Shown: positions 37,900 to 51,652, numbered from the stretch's first letter. The stretch: 64,000 nucleotides of DNA from Squalus acanthias (GCA_030390025.1 CM059432.1:56856001-56920000); one strand, 5' to 3'. Numbers and translations are program-made. Notes: generated from the sequence alone by a model not told the origin.

Positions 37900-40800
37900 G
37901 TGTAGTAATCAGTATGTGGAACACCCTAATTAGAAAGTGTATAAAATGAAGGCAGGTGAATAAAACAAAATTTTTAGCTGAGCAAGGAAGTATTTTTCTT
38001 TAAGCGAGTTGGGACTGGCGGAGTTAGGGCTGGGAGGAGTTAGTTCATATTGGTGTATTGTGTAGATCTGATTACCTTCAAGACTTTTAATTGAGCTTGG
38101 AGAGGTATAAGTGAGGCAGAACTGAGTGCAGAATTTACAGTGAGTATTTCTTAATGAGAAGTTGGGATTGTGTGGGAATCTGGTATTGGGTGAAGTTGTG
38201 ACACCTTATAACCAACAGAAGAGACCAAAACTAAATAGAATGGCAAAACATGTCTTGCATTGTTTAGACTGTGATCTGTATGACCTCCAGCTCATAAGGC
38301 AGGCTTGCTATATATTCCTCCAATACAAGCTCATTGCAACATTCAGGATACATATTATGAGTCTTGAGGGGTAAATGATGATGCTAAGAGATGTAGGGGG
38401 GTGGAAAGCATGTTATGGATAGCTATGTGACCACACTTGAGGAAGATGAAAAGCTGGCGAGCAGAGGAAGCTGTGCGATGTGGTTACAAATATTGAGCGG
38501 GAACAGACCAGTACAGATTGTGGTAATGAGGGGTGATGAACTTCTGCTGCTTCACCAGAATAGATATGTGCCCTTGGTGGGTGCAATATCTGGGGAACCA
38601 GGAGATGAGGTGCAGGCTACAAAATCTCAGAGCATTGATTCCTGTGACAACCAGAGAGGAGGGATATCAGAAGAATTAAGTCGGGAACCAGAAAAGAAAA
38701 ACTTACGGAAGGACTGATATGGTACCTTTCTTTAATATGGATATAGGGATGCATGCCAGGGTATGGGAAACTTAACTCAAGTATAAGAGTGTGATGTAGA
38801 TTTAGGTTCTAGGGAACTGGGGAGCCGGTTTGGAAAGGGGCAACACAGTGGCATAGTGGTTAGCACTGTTGCCTCACAGCGCCAGGGACCCGGATTCGAA
38901 TCCGGCCACGGGTGACTGTCTGTGTGGAGTTTGCACATTCTCCCCGTGTCTGCGTGGGTTTCCTCCGGGTGCTCCGGTTTCCTCCCATAGTCCAAAGATG
39001 TGCGGGTTAGGTTGATTTGGCTATGATAAATTGACCCTTAGTGTTAGGGGGGATTAAATACGTGGGGTTACGGGGATAGGGTGGGATATGTGTCGGTGCA
39101 GGCTCGATGGGCCGAAATGGCCTCTATCTGCACTGTGGGGATTCTGTGATTCTTCTGTGATAAGAGTGTGATGTAGATTTAGGTTCTAGGGAACTGGGGA
39201 GCCGGTTTGGAAAGGGAAGCTGGTACTAACCAGATGGACTCCATTTGAACAAGAGGGACTGGGGTACTGTCACATAGAATAGGCAAACCATTTTTTTAAA
39301 ATATTCGTTCATGGGATGTGGGCGTCGCTGGCAAGGCCAGCATTTATTGCCCATCCCTAAACTAGGTATCTGAGTGGCTACGGCTAGTACATGTATACCA
39401 GATAACCAGGAAAGTTTAGATGGGAGGCTAAATAAGCAGGAGAACACCACAGTACAGAAAAGCTAAACAAAACCAAAAATAAATCACAGGCAGGATAAGT
39501 AATAAATAACAGGGAATGAATTCACATGTGAATGAAGGAATGGAAAGGGTTGTTCACAAATGCTAGAAGTCTAACAGCAAATATGTCCGGGATAGAAGGA
39601 TTCGTGTGCAAAAAATGTGTAGACATAAGTATCACTGAAACCCTGTGTGGGGGGGGGGGGAAACACAACTGGTATTTGTCACTTGAAGAATGTAAACTGA
39701 ATGGATGTAGGCATACTGGAGAAGTGGTATTATATATTTAAAGGAAAACATAAAGGTGCAGAAAAGGCAAGATAATGAAGATGAGTTAGGAGGAGACTGA
39801 ATCATTCTGGAAAGTTAAACAAAGAAAGCAAAGAAAAGCTACTTGTTGAAATTTGTGACAGATCAAACAGTCAACATCGATCAGATATTTTACAGAGGCA
39901 TAAGTAAGCATCCAGCAAAGATCATGTTTTAATAATGGAGATTTTAACTAATCAGATACAGAATGGACATTGGGTAGTGTTAACAGGCTTTAAAAAGATA
40001 AATCAGAGGGTATAGGCTGAATGTATATTTAGGATTTGTAGAAAAAATGGAAAGCCCAACGTGCATGTTGGGAGGTAACAAAAGTGATTAAAGATGTATG
40101 ACATTCTGATGTATATTATTTGGGGTAAAAGTGTAGTAAGGGTCAGTATAAAGAATACAGAGTGTAAAAAAACTGTTAAAAGAGCAAAGCAAGCTTATGA
40201 AATTAGAATTGCTAAGGAAATTAAAACGAAGTGCATTTAAAAAAAATTACATCAGGGGGAAATGGAATAAGCTCAAGAGTATAGGACTGCTGGTTACAGA
40301 AACGGGAGCCAAGATTAGTGAAACTGTGGACATAGACAAAAAATAGTTTTTCAGTTCAGTAGTTACAAGTGAAAAAGACAATTTTGAATAGAGGAAAATA
40401 TATGTTGCAAGAGAGACAGATTGAGGAGTATAATAGAATTTACATTACCACTGAACTGTGGCTGGATATTTGAATAAGATCAAATAAATAAAACACCTGG
40501 GCCAGATGGACTACACCCAAAAGCTCCTAAGAACTCAAGAATGAGGTTGCAATACCACTCCCAGAGAGACGAAAAAATAAGGATTTGCTCCAAAAGAGAG
40601 GAGGACTGGAGAATGGCAAATGTAGTGCCCTATTTTTTTTTTAAAAAGGTGGTAATCTAGCTAACTATAGACCAGTAAGTCTGACACTAATGCCAGATAA
40701 AATTCTGGAATCCATTATCAAAGACAAGATAGCTGAGCACTTACGGAGATATAAACTAATTGGAAAGAGTCAGAATTGACATACAAAAGGGAAGTCATCG

Positions 40801-41790
40801 CAGCAATTAATAGAATTTTTTGATAAAATAATAAGAGATGTGGGCAAGAATGTAAATTAATGCATTTGGATTTTAGTAAGACATTTGATAAGGTATCTTT
40901 ATAGAAAATTAGTGCACAAAATCATCAGGCCTGATATTGATGGCAGTATGCTAAAATGGATTGAAAATTAGCTGGGTGAGTGACAGCCTGTGATTAGGAA
41001 GTATTCTAGATGCAGAGGTGTGAAAAGTGGATCTCATAGGCTCAGTGCTGGGTGCTCGGTACTTTTAACATTTTCATAAATGTTCTCAAAATTCTCGGTT
41101 GACACCAAAATAGCAGTTGCAATTAATATGGAGGACAAATAAAAGCTACGGGAGGACCTACATTGTTTGAAGAAATGGAAATGGGAAGACATTTTACAGC
41201 TGCTGTCTAATGCAGATAAATGTAAAGTCATATATTTAAGGACAAAGGACAGCCAGAGGATTACAGGATTTATGGGGAAAATGCTGAAAAAGACTGATTT
41301 GCATAAAAAGAGGAATGGGAAGTTGCTCAACTTTGTGATGTTTTGCAACCCACACTACAGAAAGGATGTAAAGCTAAAAAAAAAATAACTACTATGATAA
41401 GGGGGCTAGAAAACAAATGATATGGGGATGGACTCAAGGATCTGCTACTCTTCTCACTGAAAGGAGAAGACTGAGGGAAATATGATTGAGGTATTCAAAG
41501 TAGTAAGCCTTAGGACATAGAGGATTAGTCAGGGCTATTTGTATTTGCACAGGACAACCGAACAAGGGGACATAAGTTTAATCTAAGAAGAGATAGATTG
41601 AAATGGGTTGTGAGAGAACACCAATTTACTGAGGGGAATTGGTTATTGGAAGAGCTTACCAAGGGAGGTTCTAGAAGCAAATAGTTTACATAACTTAAAT
41701 TGGACAAGAGTAACATTATCGGATGTGGCAGGACATTAGGAAGGTAGATGAGATGGACCTACAGGGGCTGAAAATCCATGATGGTTCCAT
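37900..41790 (+). mobile_element. Old, heavily decayed near-full-length CR1
   Basis: ORF1 remnants (C..C, NRYVPL), APE (LFTNARSL, ISITET), RT (TPGPDGLHPK, NYRPVSLT) and 3' region in colinear order. Confidence 0.75.
38840..39159 (+). mobile_element. HE1-like V-SINE (tRNA head, V domain, CR1 tail)
   Basis: A box tggcatagtgg, B box gattcgaatcc, V domain gtggagtttgcacattctccccgtgtctgcgtgggtttcctccggg, CR1 tail; 57-bp direct repeat flanks. Confidence 0.9.
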
Positions 41791-43764
41791 CAGAGTCCGC
41801 TGGTACAGCCAGAAACTATGTTGGGACCCAGATTCGCTGGGTCTTGGCCTTCAGCTTCAATTTCGGAATAGCCTTCTGCCTCCATCTGACTCAAAGAATG
41901 CCATCATCATAAGTGGGGGAGGCGCCTCGGTGGAGTGGAGACAGGTACTCTCTACGTTGGCGGTTCCCATAACTTCAGCCCTCAAAGGGACCCAGCGAAT
42001 TCTTGGCAGCAGTATGAATGGTGATGGTAGGCATACTGGTCACGTCCACAAAAGAACTGGGCATCAAAGATTTTAAAGCTGTAATTTTTTAAAATCTATA
42101 TATAATTATTTTAACCCAAGATTGCAACCTGAGGATAGCAGCAAAGAAATCCTTTGCCGACGCACTACAGTCTGAGACTCCACCTGTCAAAAATGCTTCT
42201 GACTGGATCTCCAAGTGTGGAACTCAAGAACAGTTCGCTGACTTTTATTTTTTTTTTAAATGGACACGTGTTTTCTTTCTAATAACATTGACCAGTTTTC
42301 GAGGGTCCCTCCCACCACTGTCTAAATCTATCGAGTTCTCGAACTCTTGCTGTTTGTAATATATTACAAAGGGAGCTGACTAGGGCCAGAAATTTCTCTT
42401 TCTGGAGCAGGAATGGACCCTGGTACTCTTCCCCCAAGATCTGGCCATGTCTGCCACAGCACCAAGGTGGGTTCAGCGACAGAGGTACTCTGCAGATGTT
42501 TGGAGTCGTGTATTTTCCAACTGTGAGCATTTCTATTCAAGTTGGCAACATCTGCAAGATGAATATTTGAAAAGCATATGAACCACAAGATAAACTGCAG
42601 TTGTTTATTTTTTAATCATTTATTCAAATTTGCTTGCTTATTTTTTTCCTCCAGTACTTTTAAGTTTCCATGTGGCATGCACCATTCCCTGGATAAGGAG
42701 AGCCAGCAGCCTGTTACTTGGCCTCTAATGACACTGCTGTGCAAACACTTGTTGGGAGGTGTATGTGAATGGCTTAGGGTGATTTGACCTTCAGTGTTCC
42801 CTTCCAGCCTTTGGGGAAGTGCCTATTGACTGTTCAACACTTTTCCCTTATGGCGTAGCTAAGGTTGTGAACTCATTGGGGAGGTGTTCTATTGCTGCAT
42901 GAAATGGTGACTAACCTTTGTTTAATCATGTTCAGAAGAGCTATTGTTTCCAGCAACATATGGATTGAAAAAAATGAGGAATGTTTTTGATATTTCTTCA
43001 TGGATACCAATAAGTACATATGTCAGCTCCCAATTAAGCAGAAAAAGCAATATGTAGATGTAAAAGTTGAGATCTAAGATGCCTACTTAGTAAATCCATT
43101 AACAATTGTATCATAAGTTTAAGATATGATAAATGAGTCATTATATAAAAAGTAGATATTCGTGAAAGCTTAAGTCCCAGTTTTAAAACAAAATGCATCT
43201 GCAATATATTGACAACTCACATGAAAATACGGTGTCGGTACTCCAAAATATTGTTTTGCTTTTAAAGTACCAATGCCTTCATGATGAGTATGGCAACTGT
43301 TAATTTTATGCAGACACTGGTCTTGCTACTTTAAACAGGAAATGAGGTATAAACATTGCTATGCTTTTTCTTAAATATATGTATGTTTTTATAAATTCAT
43401 TAAATTAGGATTTTTTTCTTGCGAGTTGCACTACTTTTATAACTTTTTTTTCTGTTTTCTTAAAAATGTTCTCTTCTCTCTTTCTCTTCTGAAGGGATTG
43501 ACTCTTTTAGGGAAGTGGTTCTACAGGATGCCAGACACCCTCTTGTACATTTCCCAAATGCATTCATCAATAGGCTTTGACAGGGAGTTGAGGTAGCATA
43601 TTCAACAAGAGCAAGCCCAATCCTGTCCTCATCTGGCATCCACACATTACTGGATAGTGATAATGATCCAAAATTCTAACCAATTTCTTAACCCGGAATA
43701 GGGTTGTAGTACTCCTAATGTCACCTCAACTGAGATCAACCAATTCAACACAGATTGGGAAATA

Positions 43765-44033
43765 CAGTAGCAAAATACTGCGGATGCTGGAAATCTGAAA
43801 CAACAACAGAAAATGCTGGAAACACTCAGCAGGTCGATGACCCTTCGTCAGAACTGGTTCTTTCAAAAAGTGAGATAAAGGAAACCGGCAATACCTCAAC
43901 AGTTTAGCAATAGGTAAAGACTCTCCCCACTCTTTTTATGGTACTTCTGACGAAGGGTCATCGACCTGAAACGTTAATTCTGTTTCTCTCTCCATGACCT
44001 GCTGAGTGTTTCCAACATTTTCTGTTGTTGTTT
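43765..44033. mobile_element. Head-to-head Penelope pLTR pair, non-coding
   Basis: Inverted arms homologous to the 3' ends at 49776-49910 and 61735-61834; 14-bp TSD CAGATTGGGAAATA (43751-43764, 44034-44047). Confidence 0.82.
43943..43979 (+). ncRNA. Minimal hammerhead ribozyme motif, stem I eroded
   Basis: CTGACGA-A-GGGTC(ATC)GACCT-GAAA-CG-TT. Confidence 0.7.
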
Positions 44034-44394
44034 CAGATTGGGAAATATGTGTTTTAGCAATTCAGTGGCATACTGCTGGGCATATGCCCCTCAAAACTTG
44101 TTCTTTGTCAAGTCAAAGAACTTCAATTATGAAATTATACTTCATTGCACTAATATGTCAGCATGCCAGTCTTGGAAGCATTGCTGCACAAGATTTCAAA
44201 ATGCTCTGCTTGTGGTGGCAAAACATGGAAATGTTACTTTTTCTGCAGCACAAAGAATATAAATTGGACCCAGAGCATCTTTTCCATTGAGGTTTATATG
44301 AATAGAAATCTATAAAATGAGTTTAATGCACACGCCGTTATTAGTATAAATTGTCAAGCAATTTGTGGCGAGGAAGAGATAACACAAGTTACGA

Positions 44395-45338
44395 ATCACC
44401 ACAAATTGCTGGACAATTCGCGCCGCTCCGCCAGTTAGTCTCGCAAAAATGGCAGCTCGCCGTCCACTTCCCTGTGAGTTTAAATTGCTGCATTGTACAT
44501 TCATTACCAATTAAACTCACTGCAGAAAGGTAGGGCTGGTACTTTACAGCATAAGGACCCTTTTAATGATGAGATTTATGTTCTTGCAATGCCACTCAAC
44601 TCCTCCTGCTTCAGAACAGGAACAATTGAAACTGGAATCTCATTCCTGCAGGTTGAATCTCATTCCTGCAGATAGTAAATTGTTCTTGGAGAATTTTTAC
44701 ATTTAAAATGTTTTAATGCTTTTCTTATTTTTCCTTTCTGTCCCTTTTCTGGCTCTCTTCATCAAATCTTTCTTTCCTTCTCTTTATTTCTCCTTCTGAA
44801 CATGATTTGACTTTCATTCACCCTATTTCCTTTTCCGGTTCTTTCTCAATTCATAAATCTCATTGGTTAAGGAGATATAATGTTGAGCCCCCCATTCATC
44901 GAGGTCCAAGAGGGAAATCTAGAACTCGGGGGCATAGTTTCAGAATAAAGGGTCGCCCTTTTAGAACTGAGATGAGGAGGAATTTCTTCTCTGAGGGTAG
45001 TAAATCTGTGGAATTCTCTGCCCCGGAGAGCCGTGGAGGCTGGATCATTAATACATTTAAGGTGGAGATAGACAGATTTTTGCAAATTAAGGGAGTGAAG
45101 GGTTATGGGGAGCGGGCAGGGAAGTGGCTTTGGGCCCAAGATCAGCCATGATCTTATTGAATGGCGGAGCAGGCTTGAGGGGCCAGGTGGCCTATTCCTG
45201 CTACTATTTCTTATGTTCTTATGTTATGTTACCAGCTCGCACTTCCAGCAATTTGCAGGGCAAAACTTTTTCGAGCTGAGGGAAAATGTCTTCACGGGGC
45301 ACACCACGAGATACCCCGCTCCAGCAAATTCTGGGACG
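44395..45338 (+). mobile_element. Diverged Harbinger-like MITE interrupted by a CR1 tail
   Basis: Imperfect TIR cacaaattgctgga / tccagcaaattctg; internal pyrimidine block like family B. Confidence 0.55.
44911..45230 (+). mobile_element. CR1 3' end
   Basis: SRTRGHSFRIKGRPFRTEMRRNFF; ttcttatg tail. Confidence 0.9.
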
Positions 45339-45419
45339 ATATTTCAGCATGATTTAGTTACATAATTGCTTTCTTTTTTTCTTCTTTCCAATTTTCTTTC
45401 CTTCTGACCTGTCTTAAAG

Positions 45420-45785
45420 ACATAGATTAGTTGCTGGATCAATGAGTGCCAGGCATCCTCCAGCACCGCACCAAGAAGCCATTATTCACATATGAGCCTC
45501 AATACTGAGTGTTGGGAGGCTATTGATCACAGCGGAGCCTGATCCTGTCCTCACCTGATAGCTACACCTGTGCACCTTTCAGTAGGAGTTACTGGAAATA
45601 GATTAGGAGCAAGAGGCTTAATAAATTTTCCACCCTAAGTTGGGATTCTAATGTAGCTCTCCTAGCACTTCCCTGGCTAGATAAGATGGAATTCAATACA
45701 GACACGGGATCATATCCGAGACCTGTCTTGTCTGTGTGGCTCTGCTATTCACTAGCTACGCTTACTGAGATATCAGGGAAGTCTA
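45420..45785 (-). mobile_element. Ancient SINE (family of 34255-34495)
   Basis: gagcctgatcctgtcctcacctga and downstream similarity. Confidence 0.5.
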
Positions 45786-47491
45786 GCATTTTTTTTGATC
45801 TGAAAATGTAAAGGTAGTCATTTGGGCAATAATCCACCTCCAGAAAACACACACACACTTTTTAAAACATGAATTAATAGAAACTGCTATTTTTTAACCT
45901 GGGTTGTCTCTCTTTATATCTTTCCTTCCCTCCTTTTCATTTGATGATTTCCCACTTCTAAAGGTAATGATACATCTAGCTAGGGTGTTTCTGCTATATG
46001 CAAGTCATATTCCACTCTATAAATAACTATGTCATTCTCTTATTTAACATAGATATATACTTGGATTGAAATGTTTAATGATGGGTGTTATTATTTGCAG
46101 ATGTAAAATGTGTCATTTTGTATTTAAAATTCATTTTTAAAAAGTGTGTTAGTGTACTAGATGCTTGAAATTGTTCTGCTACCAGCAATTTGCACTAATG
46201 CAGTTCTTGAAAGAATAATTTATAAATTAGATTGCTGTTTGGACCAGGGACAGAAATGTTCTACAGAAGGATTTGCAGCGATTCTTGCAGACATAAAGAA
46301 TGTTTCATCTGTGGGATAAATGTTGCCTGTGCAATACTGTTACTTAGGTTGTCCATTAACCTATTGATTGTTACTATTTTTACCTCATTTAATAGCTCTG
46401 CTTTCTGCTGATTGAACCAGAGCTGTCCATGAACTGCAGAACTTGCAAGACAGAAGAGTAATAACTCTGTCCATTCCTGCCTATTTTTAAACACTGATGT
46501 CAAAAATAAGTGATATGCTCCATTGACATGTTGAAAATTCAATGAAATGATTCCTAAAATGCTTTCCCAATAAGTGCTCCGATGAACTAAGCTCAGCGAA
46601 GTACTTGAGTAATTCAGATATCAAACCTGTTCCCCTTTTACTGCATTGCTACTTAGGATTTGATGTAGCTACATGCAGTATGGAATGCTTTTCATTAGTG
46701 GATGAATTTTTTAATTAAAAAAACCGCAAATGTCCGTTGAGTCCATCAAAGACATTCCAAAATGCATCCTCCAGCAAATTAGGATAGTTTGATCGAGGGG
46801 TAAGTCTTTTGGGGGGAAAAAACATTTGGAGGGTTAGACAAACAATTAACACAGTGAAATTAATGATGACCAAAATGATCATTTCCTAGAGTCCATGTGT
46901 AATTCTTTTCTAAAAGTATATGCATATTAGAATGCAGCAAGAAAAGTACAGAAACAATGAAATAGGTGAAAGAAGAAAATATTGTATATGAAATATATAT
47001 GAATGTAAATATTAATGCGTTGTATTTTCACCTATCTAGTTGGGCAAAAAACGCAGTAAGCTTTAAAATTCTTCTTTCTTGTAGCACAAATTACGTTTCT
47101 AACATCATTTTTAGGTTGCTGGAGAAACCATTACAGGATCAGAACTATTCAGCAAGTGACTCCACTCAGCCCCCACAGATTAATATCTCTATTTCATCTG
47201 GATGCCAACCAGTGATTTTCCAATGTTATCCAAAATATGCTACTAGCCAAGTGCAGGACTGATTTTTTTTTTAATTCTTCATTTCTCCTTTATCCAGTAC
47301 AAAATCGGACACTAACCTGCACTACCCCTTTGTAGAAAGATCATTACTTAAAGTTTTATTTTTCAGAAGCCTAAAAGAATGAAGCTAAAAACCTTTGTCG
47401 TGGCAATGTGGACTTGTGTATTTGAGCACCAAGGTGCTGTGCCACAGAATGGTTGCACACAGGTTTGCACCTTCGATTCCCAAAACACATT

Positions 47492-48220
47492 GAGCTGGAA
47501 ATTGTGGTCGGAGGCTTCCCACGGGCGAATGCCTCCAATCTGCAAGAAAACTACGCACCTATCTGGTTTCTCCGTATCTTCGGACTCTTGCGGTCCTGGG
47601 CCTGCAGGCGTATGCCTGCATAAAGGCCCACGTATCCCAGGGCGCATGCGGTTCGCAAGCGTCCCTGGGATCACGAGGGCCAGCCCAACCAATCACAAAG
47701 GGGATTCCCATTACGCTTATAGGGATTCCATTTACGTACAGAATTCCCATAAGCATAATAGGAATCGCATAAAAAAACACACTTTCACCCCACTTAAATA
47801 AAGATAAATCATCACATGTTAAAAATTAATTAAAATACAATTTAATTAAACATTTAAAACAAAAATGTAATTAATTTTTTTTTAACCTTTTTAAAGGGGC
47901 CAAAAATAACCTAAACTAATTTTAAAGGTTTTTGAATGTTTAAATGATTTTAATAATTTTATTTTAATATTTATTTAAACCCTTACGCTGGTCAAAAAAA
48001 AGGCCTTATGCCTGCTTTTACCAAGAGTTTCGTGGGCAGCAGTTGGGCAAATAGCCCACCTTGCACCAGCAAATGTCCATTTCCTGCGGATTCGTACGAT
48101 CTGTCAAGCTGAAACTTGACATCGCAAGTTCCGGGTTTTCGCGCATGCGCATCGCATGTGGAAACCCAGAACTTGCGGGGCACTTATGACAGCATACGTC
48201 TGTTGAAACCACCAGCACTG
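47492..48220 (-). mobile_element. Harbinger-like MITE related to family A, reverse orientation
   Basis: Antisense homology to 54150-54372 and 53650-53880 (ggcccacgtatcccaggggcgcatgcggttcgcaagcgtccctgggatcac). Confidence 0.75.
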
Positions 48221-48367
48221 GTGAGTGAGCCTTAGTCACTTTTCAGTATGGGGTTATCAGACCAGTTAATCTGTTTTTACCATTATTGGTGGATGGAGGA
48301 CTATTGGCAGTGCAGTACATCTTTACTTCACTTCTCTCTGTCTGTATGTCCGTCTCTCTCCCCCATT

Positions 48368-48393
48368 CTCTCTCTCTCTCTCTCTCTCTCTCT
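48368..48393 (+). repeat. (CT)n microsatellite
   Basis: Direct observation. Confidence 0.9.
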
Positions 48394-49611
48394 GAAGATT
48401 ACTTCTGGGAACAGAGTACAAAAATAAGTGGTAAATATTTTTTATACAAAATATGTTTTCGGTTTCAAGACAATTTAATAGCAGCCAGACCATAATATTG
48501 TAAGGTCTTTAAGCAAGTCCCATGAAATAGTTAAGGGTTAAAGTAAAGCGGAAAAGAACAAATAGAACTGATTTGAATAACAAATGCTAAAACAGTACCA
48601 GCAGTCTGTGGAGTTAATTAGGTTTATTCTGCCATGGTCCTTTAGTGCTCCTTCAGATTCCAATGCTGATGTGGCAAGTGCATTCTTGGAAACAACACAT
48701 AGCTAAATTCAGAATATATTGGTTTCAGTATCTTCCGCAGCAACCACCATTATACATTCTTGTTAGGGATTGACAAATATCGGCTTTGTCCACACAGCTA
48801 GTTAACAGAATCAGATATTTTAATCATTCGTTTAAAAGTTACAGATACCATATTGGAAGTTGCCAGCTTTAGCAGAGTACCTGGAGCATGCCAGCCTGTT
48901 TGAATTTTTTACACATATATTTCATTTATACAATTTTTTATTTGGCTAATATTTGACAGTAAAAAAAAGCATTTATCTTTTGTAACTGAAAGTAGTCATG
49001 CATAAATCTATTTTGTCTTTTTAAAAGAGCTCAATTCTCCAAATTCTAAAGGTAAACACAGTAATGATAGAAAAAGCTGTGTGAAAAATCAGCTGATTGC
49101 TAATGGTAGCAGCAATGTAAAAAAAAAATAGCAACAGTAATGAAAACATAGCACTAGTTTTTTTTCCAACTGTGTTCAGTGCCGTGAAATTCAACAATAT
49201 ATTTTCTAACAAGCTACATATTGACTTCAGGTCAATTTCATCAATTCAGAGTCAGAGTCAATCATCCAATGATCATTCTATAAGCAGGCAGACCTAAGAA
49301 TGAGGACAATAAATATAAAGATTACTGTTCTGAACTACTTTGAGTAGGTAAAAGATGTGCATTAATTTTGTGGATTAACAAAATTAAAAAGCAAACCAGT
49401 GCAATGGTTTGGTTCGTTTGTTTGGTTATAAATGTTACATCCTGGTCAAAATTAAATTGCTCCGTTTACCATTTATTCTTATTGAGCAAAGTCCATCAGA
49501 CCAGTTTTAACCTACCGTCCTGGCTCAAAAATGAAAAATGGCCATGAATTAATTGTGATCACCCATGGAACCGTACCCCAGCAAGAATATATGCCTTCAG
49601 GAGAGAAGTAG

Positions 49612-49775
49612 AAAGAAAGAAGGAACTTGCATTTAAATAGCACCTTTCATGACCTAAAGCACTTTACAGCCAATTAAGTACTTTTTTGAAGCGTCGTCAC
49701 TGTTGTAAGGTAGGAAACGCGGCAGCCAATTTGCGCATAGCAAGGTCCCACAAACAGCAATGAAGTATATGACAC
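49612..49775 (-). mobile_element. Deu-SINE 3' tail fragment
   Basis: Antisense to 7980-8080 (ggcagccaatttgcgcatagc). Confidence 0.65.
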
Positions 49776-50415
49776 AATAGCAAAATACTGCGGATGCTGG
49801 AAATCTGAAATAACAACAGAAAATGCTGGAAACACTCAGCAGGCCAGGCAGCATCCATGGAGAGAGAAACAGAGTTAACGTTTCAGGTCTGGGACCCTTC
49901 ATCAGAACTGGAAAAGGCTAGAGATGTAACAGATTTTAAGCAGGTGCAGAGGCAGGGAGGGTGGGTGGGGGAGGGGAGGAAGGAACTGAAGGAACATTCT
50001 ATGCTAAGGTAGGAGGCAGGAAAGATTAAAATGTTGCAAATGGGGATGGCAAAATCATACAGCCTGAAAAATGGGGGCAGGGGTTATAGTCTGAAATTGT
50101 TGAACTCGATGTTGAGTCCAGTAGGCTGTAAAGTACCTAATCGAAAGATGAGGTGCTGTTCTTCGAGCTTATGTTGAGCTTCATTGGAACAATGTAAGAG
50201 GCCGAGGACAGAGAGATCAGAGTGGGAGTGAAGCGGAGAATTAAAGTGACAGGCGACCGGAAGCTCGGGGTCACCCTTACGGACTGAACGGAGGTGTTCC
50301 GCAAAGCGGTCACCCAATCTGCATTTGGTCTCCCCAATGTAGAGGAAACCGCATTGTGAGCAGCGAATACAGTATACTAAATTGCAAGAAGTCATTGTAG
50401 GTCTCCTCTACATTG
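49776..50415 (-). mobile_element. Penelope-like element 3' fragment (GIY-YIG C-terminus + pLTR) with short terminal inversion
   Basis: LVYCIRCSQCGFLYIGETKCRLGDRFAEH..GLNIEF; hammerhead in the 3' region; 50400-50415 inverts 50336-50351. Confidence 0.9.
49873..49909 (-). ncRNA. Minimal type I hammerhead ribozyme motif, canonical core
   Basis: AGTT-CTGATGA-A-GGGTC(CCA)GACCT-GAAA-CG-TT-AACT. Confidence 0.82.
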
Positions 50416-50419
50416 TAAA

Positions 50420-51652
50420 TGATTCCCTCTCTTCAGATATTGTCACCTTCAAAATCCCTTCTTCAACTGTTTACCCCTCAGTCCTTGCAAACTACTGGTA
50501 CATCTCCAGTCTGCCTTTCCTGTCATGTCGTTGAGTGTATTTTCAACTACCAAATCCATGCCCATTTATCCCATAAGTCCTCATTTGAATCTCTTCAATC
50601 AGTTTACCACCCCTGCCATTGCACTGAAACCAAATTACAATTGACATCCTTTGTGATTGTGACCATAGTGCATTATCTCTCCTCCTTGACCTCTGTGCAG
50701 TCTTTGACATGATCATCCACTCCATCCTTCTTCCAACACCTCGCCTCCATTGTCCAGTTTATTCGCTATGCCCTCACCTGGTTCCACTCTTATCTATCCG
50801 ATTATAGCCAGAGTATCTCCATCAATGGCTTCCCTTTCCACCCCCTCCCTTATGTCTCTGGAGGCTCCCTCTTCCTCTTCATCTGCATGATACCCTGTGG
50901 CAATATCATCCACAGACTTTTAGTCAGCTTCCACGTGTATGCTGTTGATACCAGTTTTAGCTCTCCGTTCCATCAACTCTCTCGATCTCCCCCAGTGCCT
51001 CTGTGTTGTCCGACTTCTTGACCAACATCTAGTCTTGCATGAGCTGCAGTTTCCTCCAGCTAAATGTTGTTGAGACCGAAGCCGTTGTCTTTGGCCACCG
51101 CCACAAACTCCATGCCCTTACCACCAATTCCATCCCCTCTCAGCCACTGCCACAGACTGAACAAGACTCTTTCGCAGCCTTGGCATCCTATTCAACCCTG
51201 AGATGTGCTTCTGATCCCATGTCCCCTCCATCACAAAGATCGCCTATTTTCACCTCCACAACATCCCCACCTCTGTCTCTGCCTCAGCCTACCTGCTGCT
51301 GAAACCCTCTCTCTCTTGGCTAGCCTCCCACCCTCCACCCTCTGTAAACATCAACACATTCAAAACTCTGCTGCCCGTATCCTATCCAGCGCACAGTCTT
51401 GTCCACCCATCATCCGTGTTCCCACTGATCTGCACCTAAGCTACACGCTCTGGAATTCCTCCCCTAAACCCCTAGGAATCTCCTCCTTTAAGACTCTTCC
51501 CAAAACCCACATATTTGACTATACCTTTGATCACCTTCTTAATATCTCCTTCTTCGACAGTGTTCATTTTTTTTCCTTTCAGCTCTGTAAAGCGTCTTGG
51601 AATGCCTTTTCTACATTAAGGGTGATACATAAATGTAAATTGTTTTGTTTGT
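50420..51652 (+). mobile_element. Degenerate L2 LINE
   Basis: HCTETKL, FLQLNVVETEAVVFG, IQNSAARIL, LWNSSP; L2-like tail. Confidence 0.85.

Larger units (their letters stand above)
43490..44075 (-). mobile_element. Ancient SINE (family of 34255-34495) hosting a Penelope-type insertion
   Basis: atcctgtcctcatctg, ctgagatcaaccaattcaacacaga. Confidence 0.5.

Noticed and set aside
38840..38912. tRNA gene (also 7670-7730 and 15025-15105)
   Set aside because: A/B boxes run into SINE bodies and LINE tails; no clean cloverleaf or terminator
47115..47262. Possible terminal exon (LLEKPLQDQNY...QVQD*)
   Set aside because: Acceptor present, but no recognisable protein and no phase link to the other candidates
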